Assembly: GCF_004010195.1 (NCBI RefSeq)
Contig: NC_057725.1
Location: 68,678,890-68,742,889, forward strand
DNA length: 64,000 nucleotides
Origin: Chiloscyllium plagiosum
Lineage: Eukaryota
Direction: 5' to 3'
A program made the position numbers and the translations under genes. The notes under the pieces were generated by a model. That model saw only the letters and a list, made by a program, of their open reading frames with translations, ran no database searches and was not told the DNA's origin. Numbering within the stretch: position 1 is the first letter of the stretch; each line of letters begins with the position of its first letter. Positions 1 to 14,600 of the stretch are shown here, piece by piece.

Positions 1-1384
1 TTTGATGAAAACATTTAAATTAATCCCATGCACTCTTGAAAAAAAGGATGTTTATCTCACTGTTCCAAATGAACTTCTGACATTCTGAAAAATCTACCTC
101 CAACAGAACTGAAATATAAAATTTATTTTGCTTGTACTTTAAAACACAAATTCCCAAAGACAACTTCATTGGACATTCTGCCATGGGAGAAATTCGGCAT
201 TGTACCTGAACCAGATCATTAGACATTTGGAGGCACATTCATGGCCTTCATAAGGGTTGACCAGTGATTATGAGTGGGAACCCTGGCTGATTTCTCTCCC
301 ACCAAAATGAGGAGGAATAAGGGCCACCACAGCACACCAGCATCATCACAGCCTAAAGAGGACAATGGAGCCTCTCTGCTGTCCTCCACTGAGAATAGGA
401 CAGTCCTATCAATGCTGGGCATTGACCTCGGGACAAATGTACTTGCAGTATCTGTACTGCCACCCCACCTCAGACCAGCTACCAGGACCAAGCAAAGATG
501 GTGACACTGGCCTCCGACTCAGTATTTTATTCCATGGTGTAACTACTAACTGTCAAAGCAGTCCCACAGGGGAGCACAGAGGAAGGGACCGTAATCTTAA
601 AAATCATAAATTAATTGAGATTAAATCAGGAAGGGGAAATCTGACACATACTCCCCTTAAAGGTTTTTAAGGCTGGTGATTAATTAAAATTGAAGTTGAG
701 TGAGTGAGAGGGGAAGTAGATCCTAGCCTCATATTGAATACTATGGAAGCACGGTGGTAGTTGGAGTTACAGCATAGATCAGACAGCATTTAAATGTACA
801 GTGGAACAGATAGATGGGGCTGAATGGGTCAACTCCAATTAAAAGCTTTAAAGGCTTAGAAAAACGTCAAACCTTATTTCAGTTTCACAAATGCCACCAT
901 TCCCCACTCTTGGAGCCAACACTGCTTTAAGGAGTAAAAAGATGTTCGGAACCATCGCACAGAGACCCTTGCAACTCCAAAGGGCTCGTCGGTGAGAACC
1001 GTCTTTTAATATATGTGGCACGTTCCAGCTACACCATATGTACTTGGTGATGCAGCAATAATAGAACTGCCACATTATGGTGTGAGGGATACAGACCAGC
1101 CTAACTCATACACATTAACTTACCTGGTAAAAGGTTGATTATTTCTAACAACTGAAACATGAGAAAGTAATTCAAATAATGGACAGAGAATGTAGTTTAT
1201 ATGGACTTTCAGATGTTATGCAGTAGGATTCCATGTCATAAATTTTTGAAATCAAAGCTGATCGCATTGAAGGAAAGCTATTGTCTGACAACTTTCTGTT
1301 CCCTAACCAAAATCCCAGAGTCAGGATCACTATATTTATTAAAATCTTAGGTACAAGAATGTACAAAACAGGAGGAATGGACTA

Positions 1385-1558
1385 TAGAGGAACCTCAATT
1401 ATACGAAGGACACGGGTGGAGAGCGTTTCATTTGATTAGTCGAATTCCGGATAATCAAATGCCGGATTACATCGTTTAACCAAGCATCGGAACCTTGTGA
1501 TCTTGCTAGATGATCCAATCTTCAGATAATTGAACATCAGATAATCGAGGTTCCTCTG
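1385..1558. mobile_element. Tc1/mariner (pogo/Tigger-like) MITE
   Basis: Terminal inverted repeats tagaggaacctcaattat / ataatcgaggttcctctg flanked by TA on both sides. Confidence 0.8.
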
Positions 1559-2369
1559 TACATGGTCTCTTGAGTCTACCACATCGTTCAATATAATCAT
1601 GGTTAATCTCAACATGTCAACTCTACTTTCCAGCCTGGTTTAAGAATCTGACTCTCTCTCTCATCCTTGAATTAAGCAAGTTTTTGTTAAAATGGTGAAA
1701 ATGCAGGGAAGAAGTTAGGAATCCACATGTATATAAAATAGACAGATAAAATGCAGTCAGATAAAAAGAATGGTGTACAGAATCGTTGTGTTATAGTGCT
1801 GGAGGACATTCAGCCCACTGCGTCTCCAAATGAATGCAGACAGTGCTATTCTCCTTCCTTTTTCCACTGCATCCGACACCATGTTTGAATTTAATCGATC
1901 AAGTCATGCAGGAATGTAGAGTCAATGTCAAAATCAGATCAGCCATCAGATCAAGGGGCCAAGTGACCTACTCTTGCTCCTTGTTTGTGTGCTCGCATTC
2001 CAAAGTTGCAATTGAACTGCCTCTATTACACTACTAAACTGTGCATTCCAAACCTGAACTGCTCATGAAAACTTTTTTCTCACATCAGTGAGCCAAACAC
2101 CGGTAGTGGCAAAAATGCTAGAATCTCTTAAGCACATGCTAACATGGCATTTAGGGAAATAAAGGTGACAATGATTAGGCAAAAGGTATACGAAATGAAA
2201 AAGCATTCAGCAAATCTACTTAGGATTTGTTTTTTTTTAAAATAGTGCAGCTGTTTAGCTAGACGGCAAGAGACCAGAGGAGTCACAACAGCCTTGAAAC
2301 ATTAGCTCTCCATAGGTGCTGCCAGACCTGCAGAGTTTCTCCAGCAGGAACAGACAGTACAGCCTCAGG

Positions 2370-3240
2370 CTATAAAATGTAAAGTAAGCTGTGAGGAGGA
2401 TGTGAAAAGGCTGCAAAGGGAAATAGTCTAATTCAGTGATTGGGCAAGTAGGTGACAGATAAATGTAATGTGGAGAAATGTAGGGTTATATATGACTGAA
2501 GATGAAATTGAAAAGCAGAAGTGTTTTTTTAGAAAAATGGTGAGACACTAATAAATGTAATATTCCAAGGAGTTTGGATGTTGTAATACTATTTAACTTG
2601 GTGATCTTATATGTTAGTTTTTAATGTAAGCGGGTTGGTGTGCAATATTATGGAAGTCTTGCTGCCTTTTGGTGAAAACACGTGAACCACAGCACTGTGT
2701 ACAGTTTTGGGCAAGATGTTCTGTTCTTTGGAGAGGATACAAATGTTCATTAAATTGATTCCTGGAATGGGTGGGCCATTCTGGGAGGAGGCCTGTAATT
2801 GTATCCAGACTCATCTTTGTTAAACAGGACAATTCCTACAGATCAGCATCGAAGTCTTTCTTTTAATTAGGTCATACAGCATGATCGAATAGAATGGGCC
2901 TAAATTCATTGGAGTTTCGAAGAACAAGAGGTTATCAAATTGAAAATATTCCTGGATGACGTTTCCCCTGGTAGAAAAATCTTGAACCAGGGGTCATTGG
3001 CTCAGGATAAATGATTAGGACTGAGAGAAGCAGAAATATGTTCGACTCAAAGTTGCGAATCTTTGGAATTCTCTATCCTAGACAGCAGTGAATACTCAAA
3101 TCACTGTGTATGCCAGAGATCAAAAAATAACCGGTTTGGGGAAGTGGAGAATCAAGGGACAGAGAGATAAGGCAGGCAAGTGGAGATGATGGTTCAGTGT
3201 TCTGTCTCATGTTAAGGTAATCAAAAAGGCTGATGGAATG
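2370..3240 (+). mobile_element. Old, degraded CR1 LINE 3' fragment
   Basis: Remnants of the RLQ..D...WA..WQM.FN..KC and CVQFW regions. Confidence 0.6.
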
Positions 3241-3499
3241 TTTCATTTCTAAAGCAGTAAAGCTGTTCAAAGCAACAGTTGAACACTCCTGGAGCCCTGT
3301 GTCTAATTCTCACAGCACACCCGAGAAACGGCAAGTTAACCTTGAAAGCGATTACTGCCAGGACCCAAAAACGTTGAATTATGAGGAAATATCATGACAT
3401 AGTGATTGTATCCCTAATTTCTGGACCAGAAGACCTTGGTTGAAGTCCCACGTGCTCCAAAGATGCATCGTGACTCATCTGAACAAGTTGATTAGAAAA

Positions 3500-4615
3500 T
3501 AAGTCTCACGTCTGTCGTCTGCAAAGTGTTAGAAAGGATTCTGAGGGATAGGATTTATGACCATCTGGAAGAGCATGGCTTGATTAAATGCAGTCAACAC
3601 GGCTTTGAGGGGGGCATGTCATGCCTCACAAACCTTATCGAGTTCTTTGAGGATGTGACTAGAAAAGTTGATGAGGGTCGAGCTGTGGATGTGGTGTAAA
3701 TGGACTCTAGCAAGGCATTTGATAAGGTTCCCCATGGCAGGCTCATTCAGAAGGTCAGGAGGAATGGGATACAGAGGAACTTAACTGTCTGGATACAGAA
3801 TTGGCTGGCCAACAGAAAACAGCNNNNNNNNNNNNNNNNNNNNNNNNNNNNNNNNNNNNNNNNNNNNNNNNNNNNNNNNNNNNNNNNNNNNNNNNNNNNN
3901 NNNNNNNNNNNNNNNNNNNNNNNNNNNNNNNNNNNNNNNNNNNNNNNNNNNNNNNNNNNNNNNNNNNNNNNNNNNNNNNNNNNNNNNNNNNNNNNNNNNN
4001 NNNNNNNNNNNNNNNNNNNNNNNNNNNNNNNNNNNNNNNNNNNNNNNNNNNNNNNNNNNNNNNNNNNNNNNNNNNNNNNNNNNNNNNNNNNNNNNNNNNN
4101 NNNNNNNNNNNNNNNNNNNNNNNNNNNNNNNNNNNNNNNNNNNNNNNNNNNNNNNNNNNNNNNNNNNNNNNNNNNNNNNNNNNNNNNNNNNNNNNNNNNN
4201 NNNNNNNNNNNNNNNNNNGAGAGGTTGACTGAGCTCGGACTTTTTTCATTGGAGAAAAGGAGGAGGAGAGGTGACCTAATTGAGGTATACAAGGTAATGA
4301 GAGGCGTAGATAGAGTCGATAGCCAGAGACTATTTCCCAGGGCAGAAATGGCTAACATGAGGGGTCATAGTTTTAAGCTGGTTGGAGGAAAGTATAGAGG
4401 GGATGTCAGAGGCGGGTTCTTTACACAGAGAGTTGAGAGAGCATGGAATGCGTTGCCAGCAGCAGTTGTGGAGGCAGGGTCATTGGGGACATTTAAGAGA
4501 CTCCTCGACATACATATGGTCACAGAAATTTGAGGGTGCATACATGAGGATCAGTGGTCAGCACAACATCGTGGGCTAAACGCCCTGTTCTGTGCTGTAC
4601 TGTTCTATGTTCTAT
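3500..4615 (+). mobile_element. 5'-truncated CR1 LINE (RT region spanning a gap)
   Basis: SCLTNLIEFFE, DSSKAFDKVPHGRL, RLTELGLFSLEKRRRRGDLIEVYK; tail ends in tgttctatgttcta. Confidence 0.9.
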
Positions 4616-5568
4616 AAACTAGTCTTCTACTCCCTGAAGTAAAGTTAAGCAGTGATTTAATTGAAGTTTTCAGAACTTTGAAAGGAATTGGTAGTCCAAG
4701 TATAGAGAAAACATTTATAAACTGATCAGGAAGCTGGACATAGTCTTCAAATCAGTCACGCTTATTCTCAGAGTCTCTCAGCACTTATCCCCTCCTCATC
4801 AGGCTACACATTTCATCAACTGCTTCCATCCACTGTCCTTGTGATCCCAATTCTCCTACATCCCACTGCAGCATTTCTAATGAACCAGCGTGTACAGTCA
4901 GAATACGTCTCACACACCTTTCCCTGTAATTGTAACCGACCAGCCTTATCTGTTAGACAGGACTCAGGTGCAATTGTCACAGATAAGCACCAAGGTCTTT
5001 TTGCTCAATCAGGTTAACACACAATTTCAAACTTTTCCAATCCTGACTTGCCTCAAACTGTTCGAGATCTTGAAGCTGAAGGATCTGTAATTGCAGTCCT
5101 TGCCCAGACTTTCCTGCGTCAATTTATCAAAGTTGTAATTTTCCAGCTTAAGTTGAGGAACCACTCATTACATCTGGGGTTGGGATGAAAGACTTCAAGG
5201 GGGAATGACTGTGACTCGTTGGCATGAATTGGCAGTCAGACAGACTGAGGCACGAGAACATACAGCATCAGCAGGCACTGTGCCAGGGTATTGAAATATC
5301 ATGAGATATATTAGGAAGGCAAATGGAATGTGGGTATTTATTGAAAAATGGTGGCGTATTAAAGCAGGGAACACTTGTTACAACAGTACAGGCATTAGTG
5401 AGAGCAGACTTAGAACTCTGTGCACAGCTTTGCACTCTTTACTTAAGGGATTGAAATCATTCCCTGAGCCCCTTGTGAGCCAGGGAGACTTTACACAGAG
5501 CGCACAGCAAATGCATTTGGTTCCAGCAGATCAAAATGGCTTGCAGCACAAACAGAACTTCAACTCAC

Positions 5569-5644
5569 CTCTCGGCTTAGCTGGCGCCAGCAGTCAATCC
5601 ATGAAGAGTATGCTGCAGCATAAGGAGGGAGACCACCAGCTAGC
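5569..5644 (-). CDS. MTCH2: MTCH2 exon 12
   Basis: cttccccag|G...GAG|gtgagt; LAGGLPPYAAAYSSWIDCWRQLSRE. Confidence 0.95.
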
Positions 5645-8600
5645 CTGGGGAAGAGAGTCACAATAGACAGTCATTCTGCAACCAAAAGTGGAGACAGCTC
5701 AGCACCGGTCGTACCCACATGCTGACACTCGGCAACAAAACAATGATTGTGTTTCCTTACAGCTGCAGCTCTGCGACGGACATTCTGACGGCTCTCACTT
5801 TCAATCTTATTCCATATATCAATCGGCCACTGCTGGAACTGTCACCTATGGCTGAGCTGCCACAGATGACATTGTGTGGGACACAATACTACATTAGGTA
5901 GAAACTAGAGCTTTCAACACTGGCATTAGATGATTTGCAAACATATTTTCCAAACCAAATAGGAGCAGTACTCCAGAGCAGTGCTGAAAGACAGTCATGG
6001 AACTGAATGGCAGGAGCTTTACTCTGTATCTAACCCGTGCTGTACATTTCCTGGGTCTCTTTGATGGGGACAACATCCAGAGAGCTTTATTTTCACAGAG
6101 TAGAAGTAGCTCTACTCTGTATCTAATCCCAAATTTTGCCTGGGAGCGTTTGATGGGGACAGTATTCAGGGAGCTTTACTTCCAATTTAAAAGTGTAGAG
6201 GTAGCTTTAGTCTATACCTAACCCTGTGCAGTACTGTTCTGATGATATAGTTGCAAATAATAGACCGCGGCGATAAGAAAAGTCTGTGGCTCAGGAATAA
6301 CATTCTTGATTTCTATCAGCAAACAATTCAAACGCAAGTAAATTTGTGGGTGGCACGGTGGCACAGTGGTTAGCACTGCTGCCTCACAGCGCCAGAGACC
6401 CGGGTTCAATACCCGCCTCAGGCGACTGACTGTGTGGAGTTTGCACGTTCTCCCCGTGTCTGCATGGGTTTCCTCCGGGTGCTCCGGTTTCCTCCCACAG
6501 TCCAAAGATGTGCAGGTCAGGTGAATTGGCCATGCTAAATTGTCCGTAGTGTTAGGTAAGGGGTAAATGTAGGGGTATGGGTGGGTTGCGCTTCGGCGGG
6601 GCGGTGTGGACTTGTTGGGCCGAAGGGCCTGTTTCCACACTGTAAGTAATCTAATCTAATCTAACCTAAATTAATGCCAGTTTGAGTCTGTTTGCAGCCA
6701 ACACCATGCACAGGGTTTGGGTCTTGTTTGCTGGTGGCCAGCCTCACTTTGCGCTAAAGCCTGGGGAATGAATGAATGCCAGACTCACCCACAGTTGTTG
6801 ACTGCCATCAGGTTGGAGACGAGCACGAAGGGGTACGTCAGCATGCTGGCTAGGAACTGTGAAGGAAACAAGGAGACAAGACAGTGACCGAGTACTCATT
6901 CCGAAAGCAAACACTTCCATAAAGCAGGAGCTGCAACAGGGGCCAGACACCTTTGGGATTTACTGCATGTGGAGCCGACTAGACAAGGATCAGAACACTA
7001 CGTTCTCGGCCTTCAGGTTTAAATTGTCAAGAGAAAACCTGTAAATTTAAGTCCTTGTTCATTGCAGAATCTCCAGCTTGTGCGTGTGTTGCGATTTTGG
7101 GTTATGTAAACCTCCAGACACACCAAGGTCAGTGTCACAACAAGAGAGCTGAAGTGTTACCAGAATTCAGGCGTCTGTTCGATGCTGGCCCCTCATGCCT
7201 TGTGTGGTGGGTGGGGTGTGGGAAAGAAGGCAAGCAATGTCCTGCCTAATTGCACAAAAACCAACAGAAGATGTTCCTGACACTAGTTTCTCTCTGCAAG
7301 CAGAGTTGGCTGGTTAATGCACTGGACAAGTTGCTCAAGATAAGAGCTAGTTTCAGCCCGAGTGAAGGCTGCACGGTTGAATTCCACCATTAGAGTGAAA
7401 AGTACAATTGCTGCTGTAAATGAATAAAACAATGGCTCAGATGGAATGGCACTCACCCCAGTCACGGCCTGCGAGTAACTTCTCAGCTCCCCGATCTGTG
7501 AGCCCTAGAACACATCAGGGTGAAAACTCAACAACACAGCTCACTGCTCAACAGTAATTCTCCCAGACTCTCCAGTGGAGGCATGCAGGGCACCAGTTAT
7601 CACAGCCTAACATTCCTATTCCAGCTCTGGTTGTTCAGTGCTCTCCACAGAAGACTGCAGATGTTGGGACTGTTGCCAATATTTGACTTGATGGTTTCAA
7701 AATTATGAGGGATCTGGACAGAAGGAGAGGGAGAAACTGTTCCTTGCCATCAGAGAATTGAGAACCTTGGGAACAGCTTTAGTGTAATTGGTTAAAATAG
7801 CAAAAGGAGTAAGAGATAAAATTTTTCTGCATAGCAACTGGTCAGGGTCTGAGTGTGTAGTGGAGGCAGGTTCAACTGAAGGAGCTGGAGAGAAGTAGTT
7901 TAAACTAATTCAGGGTTTAAACTAATTCAGCAGGGTGGTGGGAACCCAAATTGTAGTCCGAGTATACAGAAGGTTGGGGGTAGTGAGGCCAGAAATAAGG
8001 TTTCCAGGTCGCAAGAAGGCACCAGCAAGCAAGAAGTTAGCTTGAAGTGTGTCTACTTAAACAACAGGAGCATCTGGAATAAGGTGGGTGAACTTGCAGC
8101 AATGGGTTGGTACCTGGGATTTTGATGTTGTGGCCATTTCAGAGACATGGGTACAGCAGGGACAGGAATGGTTGTTGCAGGTTCCGGGATTTAGATGTTT
8201 CAGTAAGAACAGGGAAGATGGTAAAAGAGGGGAGAGGTGTGGCACTGTTAGTCAAGGACAGTATTATGATTGCAGAAAGGATATTTGAAGACTCGTCTAC
8301 TGAGATAGCGTGGGCTGAGGTTAGAAACAGGAGAGGTCACACTGTTGGGAGTTTTCTATAGTGCTCCAAATTGTTCCAGAGATGTAGAGGAAAAGATAGC
8401 AAAGATGATCCTCGATAGGAGCAAGAGTTGTTTTGGGGAACTTTAACTTTCTAAATATTGACTGAGAATACGATAATTCATACACTCTAGATGGGTCAGC
8501 TTTTGTCCAATGTGTGCATGAGGGTCTCCTGACACAGTATGTAGACAGGTCAACTAGATGCGAGGCCACATTGGATTTGGTACTGGGTAGTGAACCTGGC

Positions 8601-11600
8601 CAGGTGTTAGATTTCGAGGGAGGTGAGCACTTTGGTGATAGTGACCACAATTCGGTTATTTTACTTTAGTGATGGAAAGGGACAAGCATATACCACAGAG
8701 CAAGAGTTATTGTGGGGGGGGGGGGGCAATTACGATGCGATTAGGCAAGATTTAGGATGAATAGGATGGGGAAGTAAACTGCAGGGGATGGGCACAATTG
8801 AAATGTGGAGCTTATTTAAGGAACAGCTACTGCGTGTCCTTGATAAGTGTGTACCTGTCAGGCAGGCAGGAAGTGGTTGAGCAAGGGAGCAGTGGTTTAC
8901 TAAAGAAGTTGAATCTCTTGTCAAGAGGAAGAAGACGACTTATGTTAGGATGAGATGTGATGGCTCAGTTAGGGCGCTCAAGAGTTACAAGTTAGCCAGG
9001 ACTTAGAGAGCTAAGAGGAGCCAGGAGGGGACATGAGGAGTCATTGGCTGATAGGGTTTTCCTTGACCCTAAGGCTTTCTGTAGGCACATCAGGAATAAA
9101 AGAATGACTACTGTAAGATTAGGGCCAATCAAGGACAGTAGTTGGAGGTTTTGTGTGGAGTCAGAGGAGATAGGGTAAGCACTAAATGAATACTTTTCAT
9201 CAGTATTCACACTGAAAAAAGACAATATTGTTGAGGAGAATACAGACTACTAGACTAGATGGGATTGAGATTCACGAGGAGGTGGTGTTAGCAACTCTGG
9301 AAAGTGCAAAAATAGATAAGTCCCCTGAGCTGGATGGGATTTATTCTAGGATTATCTGGGAAGGAGTTTGCCAAGCTTTGATCTTTATGCTGTCATTGTC
9401 TACAGGAATAGTGCCAGAAGACTGGAGGATAGGGAACGTTGTTCCCTTGTCTAAGAAGGGGAGTAGAGAAACCTTGGTAATTATAGACCTGTGAGGCTTA
9501 CTTCGGTTGTGGGTAAAGTGTTGGAAAGGGTTATAAGAGATCGGATTTATGATCATCTAGAGAGGAAGAAGTTGATTAGGGAGAGTCAACACGGTTTTGT
9601 GAAGGGTAGGTCGTGCCTCACAAACCTTATTGAGTTCTTTGAGAAGGTGACCAAACAGGTGGCTGAGGGTAAAATGGTTGATGTGGTGTATATGGATTTC
9701 AGCAAGGCGTTTAATAAGGTTCCTCACGATAGGCTATTGCAGGAAATACAAAGGCATGGGATTGAGGATGATTTAGCAGTTTGGATCAAAAATTGGCTAG
9801 CTGAAAGAAGATAGAAGGTGGTGTCTGATTTAAAATATTCACCCTGGAGTGGTTTACCACAAGGATCTGTTTTGGGTCCATTGGTGTTTATCATTTTTTA
9901 TATAAATGACCTGGATGAGGGCAGAGAAAGATAGGTTGGTAAATTTGCGGATGACACTAAGATGAGGGTAGTGACAAAGGATGTTGCAGGCTACAGAGAG
10001 ACATAGATAAACTGCAGAGCTGGCCTGACAGGTGGCAAATGGAGTTTAATGTTGAAAAGTGTGAGGTGACTCATTTTCGAAGGAGTAACAGGAATGCAGA
10101 GTACTGGTCTAATGGTAAGATTCTTGATAGTGTAGATAAGCAGAGAGATCTCGGTGTCCATGTACATAGATCCCTGAAAGATGCCACCCAGGTTGATAGG
10201 TTTGTTAAGAAGGCATACAATGTGTTCGCTTTTATTGGTAGAGGGATTGAGTTTCGGATCCACGAGGTCATGCTGCAGCTGTACAAAACTCTGGTACGGC
10301 CCCACTTGGAATATTGTGTACAGTTCTGGTCACTGTATTATAGAAAGAATGTGGAAGCTTTGGAAAGGGTTCATGGAGATTTACCAGGATGTTGCCTGGT
10401 ATGAGAGAAGGTCTCACGAGGAATGGCTGAGGGACTCGAAGCTGTTGAGAAGGTTGAGAGGTGCCTTAATTGAAACATGTAAGATAAATCACAGTGTTAG
10501 ATAGGGTGGACAGTGAGAGCATTTTACCTCGGATGGTGACATTGCTTTAAATTGTGGGCTGTTATATATAGGACAGATGTCAGACATAGTTTCTTTACTC
10601 AGTAGTAGGGACGTGGAACGCACTGCGTGCAACAGTAGTAGACGTGCCAACTTTAAGGGCATTTAAATGGCCTTTGAATATGCACATGGACAAGAATGGA
10701 ATAGTGTAGGTCAGATGGGCTTCAAATTGGTTCCGCAAGTCAGCACAATATCGAGGGCCGAAGGGCCTGTACTGTTCCATGTTGGGTTATAGGGATAAGA
10801 CAGGAGAATGGCACAAAATTTAATCGCTCGTTTGGAGAGATACTGCAGACATGATGGCCTGTACCTCCTCCTCTGGGCCGAAACAATTTGGTTCTCCCAG
10901 CTGCCAGCCACCACTGTCTACTCTCCCCTCCCTCCCTGTTGGTTCTAAGTAATCAAGGGGCGTCAAGCAGAGCTGCTTCTATTACTTACTGTTTAGAACG
11001 GAGATTTCCAAGGATCCACAGGTCTTCTTCATAATTTGTAATTATTTAGATTTTTCTTCGATTCTCAGAAAAAGAGCTACCAATTATAGGGTGAAATCAT
11101 TTTCTAGGTGGAAGTTGCAGTAAGTAGAAGGGTGCATTATTGACCAGCCGCAATTACTGGGATGAGGTGGGACGTTTCATTGACCACGGGTTTGTGTGGA
11201 GAGGGAAGTTGCTAATGTTTAACCATGAAGCTGGAGAGCAGAGGCTCAGTTCACCAGTCAAACAAACCCCCTGGATTATGTCATCTTCAGTGCACCCATA
11301 CACCCTCTATGACCTCTTGCTGGGGTACTGTACCATCCGCCCATAAGCACCTCCCTTGCACTTCCTCCTAAACATTGGCCAGCGAGAGGAATCGCAACAC
11401 ACCAAGCCCACCACCCCCTCCTCAGATGGTGAGGAAATGCACCAGCAAAACCAATGACCAGGAGCAGGACTCAGTTTTTAACATGCTCCTGTCCACAATA
11501 ACTGGAAACTTTAAAGGGGTTTTAATATATTTGGCTCAGGAGCTTCATGCACTTTCTTCGCACCCAGTAGGATCATAGTCTCCACCCTAAATAACCCCCT

Positions 11601-14600
11601 TACCCCATCAAGTATGCCCTGTTACCGACTCACCCTGCCTCAAATATCCTCACCCCTCCTCCATCCAATTCCAATCCCTCCTCTTTCACACATCCTACCT
11701 CAGGGAAACGCTGACCTGCTGAGAGGTGCGTTAGAATTTTATAACCTACCTGACTGGGGGGCTCCAGTGCATAAGTGTTGATGAGATAGGCCAACATGTT
11801 ACAAAGCCATAAGGAAATCACATCACCCAGCAGTCGAGGAAACAGACCACTGCAAAGAGACACATAGCAATGAGCATGAGGTTCACACCAGCCTGTTTTA
11901 CACTGGAACAACAGATTCACACCAGGCTGCTCCAAACTGGGCTCAGAGAAAGATTCACACATGCCCAATCCACACTGGGACCAGACAGAGATTCACACCA
12001 AACTGCGCCACACTGAACTCAGTGATTCACACAGTCCTTCTCTACATTGGGCTCAGAGAGAGAAATTCACATTAGATTAAGTGACCAGACTACAGCGGAG
12101 ATGGAAATGTGTTGCTGGAAAAGCGCAGNNNNNNNNNNNNNNNNNNNNNNNNNNNNNNNNNNNNNNNNNNNNNNNGATGCTGCCTGACCTGCTGCGCTTT
12201 TCCAGCAACACATTTCCATCTCTGATCTCCAGCATCTGCAGACCTCACTTTCTCCTCAAAGACTACAGCGGAGCAAATGTGTTAAAGGAACTTTGCCTTA
12301 ATTTCTTCTCATTTAGGCAATTACCACATTTACGTCATTGGCTGTATAACACTCTGGGAGCCCCGAGGGTGTGAAAGGCATTTTGAAAAACTCGCACCTT
12401 TCACTCAGCCACATGCTGATTAACAGCAAGTTAGATTTATGCAGCACATTGAACATTATAGTGTTACATGGTTTGTACAGCAAGCAAGCCCTCTTCATCA
12501 TAGCTTCTAGAGGTTACACAATACCAAATCACAAAGTAAAATGCTTGTCAATAGACCACAATAGCAAATAGGACCAAAAGTGACTATACAGAAGAAACAG
12601 AAACTGTCAGGAAGAACACAGCAGTCACACTATTTACATGCTTTCTTACCAGCTTTTCACCAAGGTAAACATTCCTGACATTAACATATGCTCTTTTACT
12701 ATAAATAGTGCCCAGGATAACTACTGGGAGGGATGGTATGTGCCTTGTTTTAAGGGCCTGTTGCCACTTTTAACAGTGAGCAATCGACAATCACTCCACT
12801 TGCACCCATACGTAAACCAGCATTCTTTCCGAATAATGGGCAGCACGTCCCTGGATATTCAGAAATTGAATCAATCAGCTGACATTGGCAGATACAAAAA
12901 AAATTTCAAGTTCCATTCTCAAAACATTTGCAGCAATGTATACTTACGCAAAAAAGCCAAAAAATCCCTCTTCCTCATAGATCGTCACTATGGAACCGAA
13001 TAAGCCACTGTAAAGTCCAACAACGGAAAAGCAAACAATTAATGTTCAAAAATGGATAAAGTGTCAGAGTAGTGACTATACTTGCATAATTATTACCTTA
13101 TATTGAGGGTTTTAGGCCACGTAAATGCCACAGAAACACCGAACATGTTACACATGCTCATCTCTCTGAATAGTCTAGCTGCATTCAGACTCATTCACCA
13201 GTACGCAACCATCATGGGCATATCATCTGAATACGGCAATCTCACACATACACAATCGGGAGTCAACGACTGCACACTCGACTCCTTTAACATTGCAATG
13301 ATGTGCTCATACTTACCTCAATAGACAATAGTGCACACGTGCATTCAACTGCGAGAAGGGTCTGGCTGTGCCTGCGCACTCGTCTATGTGAACAGTCTAA
13401 CTGGACACAAATGCGTCTGTGTAAATGTTCTAACAAGCACATGCGTGTGTAAATGGTATAAATCTACAAACATGTGTGTAGATGTGTGAGAGAGAGCGAG
13501 AGCGAGAAAACAGAATAAATTGGCAGAGACGCATGCGTGTGAACAGTATAAATCTGCACACACAGACGTCTGCTTGAACTGGAAATGCATACTTTTGTGA
13601 ACACCATAACAGTGCAAACAGTGTGTGAATGTTACAACAGCACAGACTCATCTATGCATGCAAACCCATCTACATTGATGTGTGGAACCCATGCACTTGT
13701 GTTTGCCCAGTGGCATTGTAATTTGGAGGACATTGCCGAGCAGCACCCACAGAATTCTGGGATATTTGTGGCACAAAATATGAAGACCTGTGGGTGCTGT
13801 CATTAGACACATACTACACAACATTCCAGTGGTTCAAACGGCCCTTCGTTCTCTGATGGTGGATAGATTGTAGTCGACACGGTGGCACAGTGGTTAGCAC
13901 TGCTGCCTCACAGCGCCAGAGACCCGGGTTCAATTCCCACCTCAGGCGACTCTGTGGAGTTTGCACATTCTCTGTGTCTGTGTGGGTTTCCTCCGGGTGC
14001 TCCGGTTTCCTCCCACAATCCAAAAATGTGCAGGTTAGGTGAATTGGCCATGCTAAATTGCTCGTAGCTTTAGGAGAATGGGTCTGGGTGGGTTACGCTT
14101 CGGCGGGTCGGTGTGGACTTGTTGGCCCGAAGGGCCTGTTTCCACACTATAAGTAATCTAATCTAATCTAATGTTCTCTGTTCAACTGACTTGGGACTCG
14201 CTCCCACATTACACACTGAGGACAGGCAGTGTCAGAATGTAAAACAAGGTGTTTCTCAGCACTGACCTGTATTTGGTTTCTCGGCCGATAAATTGCACCA
14301 TGCATCGTAAGGTGATTACTGCAAGGGAACATGACAAAATCAATATTCCACCTTTGCTCACTTAGCACTAGTGCAACACAACAATGTTCAAGAACAACGA
14401 AGCATACTTACCGTGGAAAGGATGAGTGACAACAGTGGCTGTGGAGCGAGCAATCATCTCTCGCATCGTCTAGACACAAAGCAAAGAGTGAATATTGAAA
14501 AAGTTCAAGAGATCAAGATAACATACAAAAACAGAAATTGCTGAAGAAACTTGGCAGGTCTGGCAACATCTGTGGAAAGACAAAAAGAGTTAATATCTCA

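Noticed and set aside
3700-4533. Long ORFs containing X runs (also near 40.2, 42.1, 46.8 and 52.4 kb)
   Set aside because: They read through N gaps; the flanks are transposon fragments.
6348-6430. tRNA-like sequence with A and B boxes
   Set aside because: Head of an HE1 SINE, repeated in four copies; not a tRNA gene.
11870-12070. Regularly spaced repeats resembling a CRISPR array
   Set aside because: Vertebrate DNA, whole units are degenerate copies with no unique spacers, and no cas genes.
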